A stretch of DNA of 64,000 bases from the NCBI GenBank assembly GCA_043228905.1, contig JBHGNT010000004.1:20956001-21020000 (forward strand). Reading direction: 5' to 3'. Within the stretch, counting starts at the first letter, position 1; each line of letters opens with the position of its first letter. Below the pieces are notes generated by a model that was given only the letters and a program-made list of their open reading frames with translations, had not been told where the DNA came from and ran no database searches. This DNA is from Azolla caroliniana. Lineage: Eukaryota; Plantae; Polypodiophyta. Shown here piece after piece: positions 37,175-47,367 of this stretch. Made by a program: the position numbers and the translations under genes.

Positions 37175-40100
37175 TGTTGGGATTACGGTCCCTTCTCATG
37201 GGATGGTCGGATATCGGAGATGAATGCCGACAAGCCCGGTTTCGGTTTCGGATCCGGATGACGAAGACCCCGGTTTCGGTACCGGATGACGAATGTACCC
37301 GGAGAGCGATCCGGATGCAGGGACATATCCGTGAATATGTTCGCTATGGGCCCCTGAGGCTACAGTTGTAAATAGCCCAAAGTCATATAAGTATAAATAT
37401 GACTTAGGGCAAACAGTGTTGTAGTTGCTTATCATTTTTCTGTTTTTCCACTCAAGAGGAGTGAAGAGGGAGCAGCCGTGAGACAGAGTGAGAGATAGAG
37501 CGCGAGAGAGGAAGAGGACGATGCCTCTGTGTATTTCCGCCGCCTGTGGCGAGGACAGCGAGCTCAAGGTCGTCGCCTTGGAGCTCGTCATTGTATACTT
37601 CTCTTGTATAGTGTTGTTTGGAGTCTTGTACTCCCGTGGTTTTTCCCATCTAGGGTTTTCCACGTTAATCCCTGTGTACTCGTGTGTTTCTCTCTTTTGG
37701 TTTCTATTTTCTGCTGCATTGATCCGCGATTACTCGGTTGTGGCCGAAAGGAAGAAGGTGAATCCAAGCGTTGATTCCCAACAAACTGGTATCAGAGCGA
37801 ACTGCTGCAGAAAATGGAAGGCGGCGGCAGCGGGCAGCCGGGGATGATGGTGCTGAATGCGCAGAATTACGCCGACTGGAAGATCAAGATGGAGGATCTT
37901 CTGATTGTTCGGGACCTGTACGAACCGATTGACAGGTCGGAAATACCGAAGGGGGTACTTGAGTCGGAGTGGAAGCTCCTGAACCGGAAAGCCGTAGCGA
38001 CGATCCGACAATATGTCGATGTAAGCGTCCTACAACATGTGGCGAACGACACCAACGCATATGAGATGTGGAAGAAGCTGTCGGGCCTCTACGAGAGGAA
38101 GAATGCGTTGAACCGGACCTCCCTGATGAGGAAGATAGTGAACCTCAAGTACCGGGACGGCGAGAGTATGGTGGAACACGTAAGCACGTTCATGGGATTC
38201 GTGAATCAGCTTGCGGCGATCAAGTTCCCGTTGGAGGATGCAATGCAAGCCATCATCCTGATGTGTACATTGCCGGAAAGCTGGGAGAACTTGGTGGTGA
38301 CTCTCAGCACCTCCTGCACCGAAGATAACTTGTCCTTACAAACGGTAAAGACAAGTATTTTGAATGAAGAAGCGCGTCGGAGAGATAAGGAACCGGCCTC
38401 CGACCCGAAGATGTTGTTTACCGAATCGGATCGGGGAAGACAATGGAACCGGAGTCCGCAAAGACGGGAGAAGTCGGGGACCCGGTCGCAGTCAAGAGGA
38501 AGGCCCACATGCTTCCACTGTGGGAAGCCGGGGCACTTCCGAAAGAATTGTCGGCATTACCGAAAAGACAATGGAACCGACAACACCGATTCGAAGAAGT
38601 CACCGGAGAGAAACGGTGCATACCGGGGAGCCACGGACCGGAATGGTTCGGATCGGCGAGGACAGGACCGGAAAGGAACAACGGCACTCGCGGCAAGTGA
38701 GGAAGAAATCATGCTCATCACCGAAGAAGGTGAGCTAAACGTTGCCGGCGATGAGACGACCTGGGTGGTCGATTCCGGAGCATCGTTCCACCTGACCCCG
38801 GAGAGAAGATACTTCTCATCCTACACAGCCGGTGAGCATGGCTGTGTTCGGATGGGAAATGAAGGTACGTGCCGGATTTCCGGCATAGGAGACGTGTGGT
38901 TGACAACCCCGACCGGATGCAAAATGCTGCTGAAGGATGTCCGACACGTTCCGGAGGTTCGATTGAACCTGATTTCGGCCGGGAGGCTAGACGATGAAGG
39001 CTACACAGGTAGCATCCGGAACGGCGTAATGAAGTTCAGCAAGGGGAGCCTGATAGTGGCTCGGGCCCGGAAAGTCAACACACTGTACCTGATGAATGCC
39101 CGGTTATGTCCGGAAGAACTGAATGTGGCAGCCGACACTGCCGGTGAGCTGTGGCACAAGAGACTGTTCCACATGAGTGAGAAGGGGATGAAGAGGCTTG
39201 CAGAAGACAACCTTATCCCAGTGAAGCATGTGCACCTGGAGAAGTGCACCGATTGCCTGGCCGGTAAGCAGAACCGAACCTCCTTCCACTCAAGGCCACC
39301 GACGAGACGGAGCGCACCATTGGAGTTGGTGCACACTGATGTGTGTCAGGTAGAAACGAAGTCACATGGCGGAGCCCAGTACTTCGTAACATTCATTGAT
39401 GATCACAGCCGGAAGCTGTGGACGGCACCGTTGAAGACAAAGGACCAAGCGTTGTGCGTCTTCAAAGAACTCCACGCGAGAGTGGAAAGGGAATCCGGCA
39501 AGAAGCTGAAAGCGATACGAGCGGATAACGGAGGGGAATACCGGGGGCAGTTCCAGGAGTACTGTCGCTCGAAGGGAATCCGACTCGAGTTTACTGTGCC
39601 GAAGACGCCGGAACTGAACGGGCTGGCTGAGAGGATGAACCGGACCATAATGGAGCGGGTCCGGAGTATGCTGGCGCATGCGAAATTACCCAAGGGGTTT
39701 TGGGCTGAGGCAATGTCGACGGCGACATACGTGATAAACAGATCACCCTCAGTACCTTTGGACGGAGACACGCCGCAGAAAGTGTGGACCGGTAAGGAAG
39801 TGTCCTACCGGCATCTGAAGGTGTTCGGGTGTCTCGCATACGTGCATGTGGCAAAGGACCGGAGAGGAAAGCTAGATCCAAAGACCCGGCCATGCATATT
39901 CCTCGGTTACGGCGATGACGAGTTCGGCTACCGAGTATGGGACCCGGTCGACAAGAAGATATTCAGGAGTCGAGACATCATCTTCATGGAGGACAAGACA
40001 CTCGCCGACTGGGAGTCGGAGAAGAAGGTGAAGAGCTCCAAGTCGACCGGTGAGGATCAACTCTACAAGGAGCAGTCCCGACCGGCAAGGGACCGGTTAG

Positions 40101-42506
40101 CACTCGAGGATCCGGCCGAAGACGGTGAAGAAACAGAACCGGCCGAAGAAGATGAAAACGATACCGGAACCGGCCCCGATCCCGAAATGGATTCGGATGA
40201 AGAAGAATCGGAAGAACCGGTTACCGAAGCTCCGGAACGGAGATATCCTCTAAGAGAGAGAAGGGCCCCCCGGAGATTTCCGGAACCAGAGCACGTGCTG
40301 CTAACCGACGAGGGGGAGCCGGAGAGCTTTGAAGAAGCAAAACATGACACCCAGAGCCGCAGGTGGTTGAGTGCCATGCAGGACGAAATGGATTCCCTGC
40401 ACGAGAACCACACATATGAACTTGTGGAGTTGCCGAAAGGAAAGCGGGCACTTCGAAACAAGTGGGTGTTCAAGCTGAAACCGGGAGATGCCGGAAACCC
40501 CCCGAGATACAAAGCCAGGATCGTGGTGAAGGGGTTTCAGCAGAAGAAGGGCGTCGACTTCGACGAGATATTTGCCCCGGTAGTGAAGATGACCTCCATC
40601 CGGACGGTGCTGAGCATAGCGGCAAGCATGGACCTCGAGGTAGAACAGATGGACGTGAAGACGACATTCCTTCACGGTGACCTCGATGAAGAGATCTACA
40701 TGCAGCAACCGGAAGGATTCGAGAAGAAAGGGAAGGAGCACCTGGTATGCCGGTTGAAGAAGAGCCTTTACGGACTGAAGCAGGCTCCCCGGCAATGGTA
40801 CCGGAAGTTCGACTCCTTCATGACCGACGAAGGGTACCTCAAAACGCAGTCCGACCACTGCGTGTTTGTGAAGAAGTTCGAAGGAGGAGACTTTCTAATA
40901 CTCCTCCTGTACGTGGACGACATGTTGATCGTCGGACGGGACCAGGTCAAGATCCGGATGCTGAAGAAGGCTCTTCACCGAACCTTCTCAATGAAGGACC
41001 TGGGTCCGGCGAGACAAATACTAGGGATGCACATCATCCGGGACCGGAGCAAGAAGCAGTTGTGGCTGTCACAGGAGAAGTACGTGACGAAGGTGCTTCA
41101 CCGGTTCAACATGTCGGAAGCAAGACCGGTCGGATCGACCCTCCCGACAAACTGCAAGCTGTCCAGCAAGCAAAGTCCCAAGACAAAGGCTGAAAAGGAG
41201 GATATGATGAAAGTGCCGTATGCCTCAGCCGTCGGGAGCTTGATGTACGCCATGGTGTGTACGAGACCGGACATCGGATATGCAGTCGGAGTGGTGAGCC
41301 GGTACATGAGCAATCCCGGCAAAGAGCATTGGAACGCGGCCAAGTGGATACTCCGATACCTGAAGGGCACGGCAAACGTGTGCCTCCGATTCGGCTCCGG
41401 AAAGCCCGAACTCGACGGCTTTACCGATTCGGATATGTCGGCTGATGCAGATACCAGCCGGTCCACATCAGGGTATGTGATGACGTATGCAGGGGGAGCT
41501 GTTTCATGGCAGTCGAGGCTGCAGAAGACGGTTGCGCTGTCAACCACGGAGGCGGAGTACATGGCGGCTGTTGAAGCCGGCAAGGAAATAATATGGATGA
41601 AGGACTTCATTAGAGAGCTCGGTATCCGACAGGAGGAGTACCGACTCTACTGCGACAGTCAGAGTGCAATCCACCTTGCGAAGAACGCGGCCTATCACTC
41701 CCGGACGAAGCACATCCAGCGAAGATATCACTGGATCCGGGAAAGGATAGAAGACAAGGAGTTCGTGCTGACAAAGATCCACACGGACGAGAACGGGTCG
41801 GATATGCTGACCAAGGTCCTCACACCCGACAAGCTGGAAGCATGCCGGAAGAGGATCGGATTGGAGAGACATCCCATGCCGAAGTGAAGGGGGAGTTTGT
41901 TGGGATTACGGTCCCTTCTCATGGGATGGTCGGATATCGGAGATGAATGCCGACAAGCCCGGTTTCGGTTTCGGATCCGGATGACGAAGACCCCGGTTTC
42001 GGTACCGGATGACGAATGTACCCGGAGAGCGATCCGGATGCAGGGACATATCCGTGAATATGTTCGCTATGGGCCCCTGAGGCTACAGTTGTAAATAGCC
42101 CAAAGTCATATAAGTATAAATATGACTTAGGGCAAACAGTGTTGTAGTTGCTTATCATTTTTCTGTTTTTCCACTCAAGAGGAGTGAAGAGGGAGCAGCC
42201 GTGAGACAGAGTGAGAGATAGAGCGCGAGAGAGGAAGAGGACGACGCCTCTGTGTATTTCCGCCGCCTGTGGCGAGGACAACGAGCTCAAGGTCGTCGCC
42301 TTGGAGCTCGTCATTGTATACTTCTCTTGTATAGTGTTGTTTGGAGTCTTGTACTCCCGTGGTTTTTCCCATCTAGGGTTTTCCACGTTAATCCCTGTGT
42401 ACTCGTGTGTTTCTCTCTTTTGGTTTCTATTTTCTGCTGCATTGATCCGCGATTACTCGGTTGTGGCCGAAAGGAAGAAGGTGAATCCAAGCGTTGATTC
42501 CCAACA
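37175..42506 (+). mobile_element. Intact young Ty1/copia element (Tnt1/Tork-like), 5-bp TSD CTTGT
   Basis: 609-bp LTRs 37175-37783 and 41898-42506 with two differences seen. PBS TGGTATCAGAGC (tRNA-iMet) at 37787-37798, PPT at 41886-41897, TSD at 37170-37174 and 42507-42511. Confidence 0.98.
37814..41887 (+). CDS. Copia Gag-PR-INT-RT-RH polyprotein, 1357 aa, uninterrupted
   Basis: CFHCGKPGHFRKNC, WVVDSGAS, WHKRL.H/C..C, DNGGEY, YVDDML, TDSD and SDMLTK, in copia order. Confidence 0.98.
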   Translation: MEGGGSGQPGMMVLNAQNYADWKIKMEDLLIVRDLYEPIDRSEIPKGVLESEWKLLNRKAVATIRQYVDVSVLQHVANDTNAYEMWKKLSGLYERKNALNRTSLMRKIVNLKYRDGESMVEHVSTFMGFVNQLAAIKFPLEDAMQAIILMCTLPESWENLVVTLSTSCTEDNLSLQTVKTSILNEEARRRDKEPASDPKMLFTESDRGRQWNRSPQRREKSGTRSQSRGRPTCFHCGKPGHFRKNCRHYRKDNGTDNTDSKKSPERNGAYRGATDRNGSDRRGQDRKGTTALAASEEEIMLITEEGELNVAGDETTWVVDSGASFHLTPERRYFSSYTAGEHGCVRMGNEGTCRISGIGDVWLTTPTGCKMLLKDVRHVPEVRLNLISAGRLDDEGYTGSIRNGVMKFSKGSLIVARARKVNTLYLMNARLCPEELNVAADTAGELWHKRLFHMSEKGMKRLAEDNLIPVKHVHLEKCTDCLAGKQNRTSFHSRPPTRRSAPLELVHTDVCQVETKSHGGAQYFVTFIDDHSRKLWTAPLKTKDQALCVFKELHARVERESGKKLKAIRADNGGEYRGQFQEYCRSKGIRLEFTVPKTPELNGLAERMNRTIMERVRSMLAHAKLPKGFWAEAMSTATYVINRSPSVPLDGDTPQKVWTGKEVSYRHLKVFGCLAYVHVAKDRRGKLDPKTRPCIFLGYGDDEFGYRVWDPVDKKIFRSRDIIFMEDKTLADWESEKKVKSSKSTGEDQLYKEQSRPARDRLALEDPAEDGEETEPAEEDENDTGTGPDPEMDSDEEESEEPVTEAPERRYPLRERRAPRRFPEPEHVLLTDEGEPESFEEAKHDTQSRRWLSAMQDEMDSLHENHTYELVELPKGKRALRNKWVFKLKPGDAGNPPRYKARIVVKGFQQKKGVDFDEIFAPVVKMTSIRTVLSIAASMDLEVEQMDVKTTFLHGDLDEEIYMQQPEGFEKKGKEHLVCRLKKSLYGLKQAPRQWYRKFDSFMTDEGYLKTQSDHCVFVKKFEGGDFLILLLYVDDMLIVGRDQVKIRMLKKALHRTFSMKDLGPARQILGMHIIRDRSKKQLWLSQEKYVTKVLHRFNMSEARPVGSTLPTNCKLSSKQSPKTKAEKEDMMKVPYASAVGSLMYAMVCTRPDIGYAVGVVSRYMSNPGKEHWNAAKWILRYLKGTANVCLRFGSGKPELDGFTDSDMSADADTSRSTSGYVMTYAGGAVSWQSRLQKTVALSTTEAEYMAAVEAGKEIIWMKDFIRELGIRQEEYRLYCDSQSAIHLAKNAAYHSRTKHIQRRYHWIRERIEDKEFVLTKIHTDENGSDMLTKVLTPDKLEACRKRIGLERHPMPK

Positions 42507-43429
42507 CTTGTCTCCTTGATCTTCATCTTTGCCTTCATTCTCTTGTGCCGTTTCTAGTGTCTTAAGTTCCTCGGATCATTGCTCCCCCACTTCTTGAGTT
42601 TCTAGCCTCGTCACGTCTAGTTCATACCCCCATCATCCATTCTCTGTCCGAGTTTGCGCTTGGTGTGTCTGTGACAGTTTGAATCCCTTGCAACTAGAAG
42701 CATTACCCATCTTCGTCATCGCCCTTGCTTCTAGAGTTACCATCGTCATCGTCATCGGTTCTAAAGTTACCATCATCAACATCCCTTCGTTTTCTATCTT
42801 CCTCGCCATCTCTATCTCTTAGTTTCTTTTCATCATCGTCTTTGTCTTTTTTCTCCTACTTTCTTCTCATCTCTATCTCCTAGTTTCTTCTCATTATCAT
42901 CTCTATCTCTACACTTCTTATCATCTTTCACATCCCTATCTCCTAGTTTCTCTTCTCATCATCATCTCTATCTCCTAGTTTTTCTCATCCTTCACATCTC
43001 TATCTCCTAGTTTCTTCTTATCATCATCTCTATTTGTGCACTTCTTATCATCTTCCACATCCCTATCTTGCATTTTTTGTCATTGTTATCCTTCTTCTTG
43101 TGTTTCCTACCATTTTCATCTCTATCTATGTGTTTCTTATTATCTTCATCACTTTCTCTGCGTTTCCTATCACCTTCATCCCTGTCTTTGTGTTTTCTAT
43201 CATCCTTTGTATATGTATCTTTGTGTTTCTTCAGAACCTCAACATCTCGATATCTATGTTTCTTATCCTCTTCATCTCTTTCTCCGTTTCCATCATTGCC
43301 ATAGTCAAAGTCGTTGCTTCCAAAGTCGCTTCGTCAACATCATTGCCTTCATTGCTTCGTCTTTGACATCATCATCTTCAACCCTCTTGTTGTCATCATC
43401 AACACTATTTTGCCTAGCCGTCATTGTCG

Positions 43430-43860
43430 TCATGTGTTCCAGTTCCCGGTGAGGACCGTGCAGGTTCGCTCACATCCGTTGGTGTTCGTGACTCCGGTGA
43501 GGACCGCACATGGTCGCTCACGTCTGTTGGTGTTCTAGTTCCCAATGCGGACCGCAGATGGTCGTTCATGCCCGTTGGTGTTCTTGTGTTTGGTGAGGAC
43601 CGCACATGGTCGCTCACACTCACGTTGGTGTTCCAGTCTCCGTTGAGGACCGTACATGCTCGCTCACACTCAGGTTGGTGTTCCAGTCTCCGGTGAGGAC
43701 CGCACACGGTTGCTCACACTCACGTTGGTCTTCCAGTCTCCGGTGAGGACCGAACATGGTTGCTCACGCTCATGTTGGTGTCCAATCTCCGGTGACGACA
43801 ACACATGGTTGCCCACGTTCACCCGTGCTTCTATTTTTGGTGAGGACTGCTCATGGTCAC
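43430..43860 (+). repeat. About 9 tandem 48-50-bp repeats inside element E, preceded by a C/T-rich low-complexity tract (42700-43400)
   Basis: gaggaccg-type cores at 43451, 43499, 43547, 43595, 43645, 43695 and 43745. Confidence 0.9.
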
Positions 43861-44387
43861 TTACACCTCAACGTACTTTGGTTTTCTCTTTCAGCTCACC
43901 CCTACACCACACTTTCGAAAAGGCGGCCGTAAAGGGGAGGATAATGTCAAGATAGACATGACGACAAGATTTGAACTCTTAACCTCTTGTATATAGTCAA
44001 GTGTTGTGTTTTAACCAACACATCCAAATATATGGTCATGTTATGTATATCTTAGTAGATTATCTATTTCAAGTTCTAGGAGTTTTTAGAAAGTTCTAGA
44101 ACTAGAAGGTTCTAGAATATTCTCCCGAATATGCTAATGAATGTACTTCAACTCACAATATAAATACTTGTAACCTCCTTGGTCCCTTTCAAGGGATTCA
44201 ACACCAGTCATTGACACATCAATACAGTATTGTCGTTTTGCCCCATCTTGTCTCCTTGATCTTCATCTTTGCCTTCATTCTCTTGTGCCGTTTCTAGTGT
44301 CTTAAGTTCCTTGGATCATCGTCACGTCTAGTTCGTACCCCCATCATCCGTTCTCTATCCGAGTTCACGCCTGGTGTGTCCGTGACA

Positions 44388-45211
44388 CTCTAAACGAGAC
44401 ATGGTGGTTCTTCAAGGATGGACAGATGCAGATTGGGGAGGTGACATGGACACATCTCGGTCAACATCTGGGTTTGTTTTCACTTTTGTTGGCGGTGCCA
44501 TTACATGGAGAACTAAGAAACAAGCTACTGTGGTGTTATCCTCCACCGAAGCAGAATATATTGCGACTACTTTGGTGGCTAAGGAGGAACTTTGGCTACA
44601 ATCAATTTTTTCGGAACTCGACATCGTCCACATAACCAAATTTCGACTTTGGTGTGATAACCAATCATGCATAAAGATTTCACGGAATCCTAAAATCACT
44701 AATCAGAATAAGCATATTCGGGCTCGATATCATTTCTTGTGTGAATTATTTTGAAGATGGTGTTTCACAAATTGGTTATACTCCCACTCTTACCATGTGG
44801 GATGATTATTTCCTTTTCTCAAACATTGGCCTCAAGTGTGGTGTTGGTGTTAAGGGGGGATGTTAGAAGTTATGATTAACTAATTAGTTGTTAGTGAGCA
44901 ACTACTTAGTTATTTGCTAAATATAACACCACACCCCAAGTTATTATTAGTAAAAGAAAACAATTTTCATGATAGTTGTAATTCAAAGAAGCTTACCTTA
45001 TTTTTCTCTCCACATCCTCTGCTATATAAAGAGGAAGTTAGGGAACCTGTTGGTGTGCTCTCTACATCTTTGCATCTTTTAGCCATCACTTTTAGTTCTT
45101 GTATTACTGGCTTTTTTATAAAATCAGATTTCTTTTTGCTTTCCAAGTTATTCCATAATTCCTGTTTGTCATAATCCTCTACCCTGTATCAAAATCTCAA
45201 CAATTCTAACA
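44388..45211 (+). mobile_element. 3' remnant of an old copia (RNase H, PPT, LTR 44861-45211)
   Basis: GWTDADWGGD..RSTSG, SSTEAEY and KHI..YHF. PPT taagggggga, LTR ends TGTTAGAA...TTCTAACA. Confidence 0.85.
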
Positions 45212-47243
45212 AAAAAGAGAGAGTAAATTCACCACAATGGCTATTGTTTTCCTCTATGCTCTTGCTAGGGTTCTCGCTATAGGAGGAAACAATAGCAACA
45301 ATAACACAACCATGATGACATGTTTGAAGGAGAACAAGAATAAGAGAGGCCATTTCAGTGCTGGCCATGGTCGGCTCCAAAAGCAGAGGAAGCATCCTAA
45401 TGATAAGATACGATGGACGCAAAAGATACAATTCTAGGAGTCTTACTAATATACAATCAAAGAAAGCAAATGATCCTCAACCCTGTTACATGGGGTGGCT
45501 GTGTTAGAATACGGATGACAAAGATGATGAAAGATCAAGAGGATGATACGGCATTGGGAGGACTTTCTTGATTTTTAGCAGAGTAAGTGTAGCGAGTTTA
45601 TGATCGATGACCACATCACCTTTTGCCATTTTCATGAAGCACATGAAACATCCTAGTGGTTGTGGAAAGAGAGGAGGTCTCCATCATCATTGGATCTTGT
45701 TTGACAAGTTCCATCCTTGAAACTTTGGCAAGGTCAATATGAGTTACTTTGATGGCACCAATGTTATGATTAGTCACAATGTGCTATGTACACCATTAAC
45801 CTAATAATCGTATACTATATACTTGATTTAACTCCTAATATCATAGTTATGTCAAATGTTTATGCTTAAAACAAACAGTAAGCTATGACATACTTTTATG
45901 GTTTATTTCTTGTGAATTAGACCCATTTGAATTTGGTACTACCTATCATAGACATGTGCCACCAAGGAAGGTAGGAATTGAACCCAAAACCTCATGGTCT
46001 CTATTGGGCAAACCCTACCACTTGAGCTACATACGCATCCTTGTATTTAATTCAACTTCATATAATGTAGATTGAACATTGGAGGTTCCTAGCTTACATG
46101 CATTCTCATTCTCTAGCTTGCATGCATGCTCATGCATTCTCTATTGCATGCATCCTCATGCGTACTGTATTGCATGCATCCTCATGCACTCTATTTCTAG
46201 CTGGCTTACATAGCCCTACCCTCTTGTATAAATACTCATGTGCACCTTGATTCTAATGCCCTCAAAGCAGCTTTTCTCTCCGCCCCCCTGTTAGTCCACC
46301 CGGACCCCACCTGCCCTTTCCAGGTTGAAACCGACGCCTCCGACTTTGCCATAGGTGCGGTCTTGTCCCAACCTGATGATGATGGCACCATACATCCTGT
46401 TGCCTTCTACTCTCGGAAGTTTACAACCCCGAAAATCAATTATCCGGTCTACGACAAGGAGCTCACAGTTATCATCTCGGCCTTCACTGAATGGCGACCC
46501 TATTTGGCTGGGGCGCAACATCGTATTAAGGTGGTGACCGACCACAATAATCTCATCTACTTCACCACCACTCGTACGTTGAATCGGAGGCAGGCTCGTT
46601 GGTCATCTTTTCTTGCCGACTATGACTTCGAAATCTTGTTTTGACCCGACGTTCAACATGGGAAAGCGGATGCTCTCTCTCGACGACCCGATTTTGCATT
46701 GCACCTAGGCGACGACGCTTATTCTCAGCAATCACATTGTTTATTGTGGCCCGATCAACTCCACATGTTCGCAACCTATCTGTTGCACAATGATTCCTTG
46801 CTCAACGAGATTGCCGAAGCAACCACGTCGAACCCTTTTGCTACTGACATCATGGCGCGCCTCAACAACCCATCCCAGGAATGACAAAGCTCGAATCTCA
46901 GTCACTTTACAACTCACGATGGGCTACTCTATCGTAATCACCTCCTTTATGTACCAGATGGCCCATGTCGCCTTTGAGTTCTACAAACTTGCCATGATGA
47001 TCCTCTTGTCGGACATTTTGGGGTCGCCAAAACGCTGGCATTGCTTTCTTGGGGGTTTTGGTGGCCTCAACCTTGGAAATTGGTCAAAGAATTTATCAAA
47101 ACTTGTGACGTCTATGCTCACTCCAAAGCGGCTCACCATCGTCCATATGGCCTTCTACACCCACTTCCAATCCCCAGTCGACCTTGGGCATCTCTCTCCA
47201 TGGACTTTATCACTGACCTTCCTCGAGTCGGTGACCATGACAT

Positions 47244-47322
47244 TGTTGGGGACAAGGTCGTCAATGCGGAAGAACAAACAACATCTGTGATGTTGAAGGA
47301 CCTGTGTATGAGAATGAACAAG

Positions 47323-47367
<45 letters not shown>

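Larger units (their letters stand above)
36707..44387 (+). mobile_element. Element E: non-coding self-priming LTR element in partial tandem (internal end-LTR-internal-LTR); first LTR interrupted by copia
   Basis: LTRs 36866-42676 (split) and 43945-44387. PPT aaaggggaggataa precedes both. PBS ttgaatcccttg at 42679-42690. Related to D. Confidence 0.85.

Noticed and set aside
43034-43452. Hydrophobic membrane-protein-like ORFs (possible env)
   Set aside because: Artefact of a T/C-rich low-complexity tract; all three frames are open or hydrophobic and the related element D does not preserve them.
43430-43860. CRISPR-like regular repeats (also 31400-31760)
   Set aside because: Contiguous degenerate tandem units without unique spacers, inside eukaryotic LTR elements, with no cas genes.
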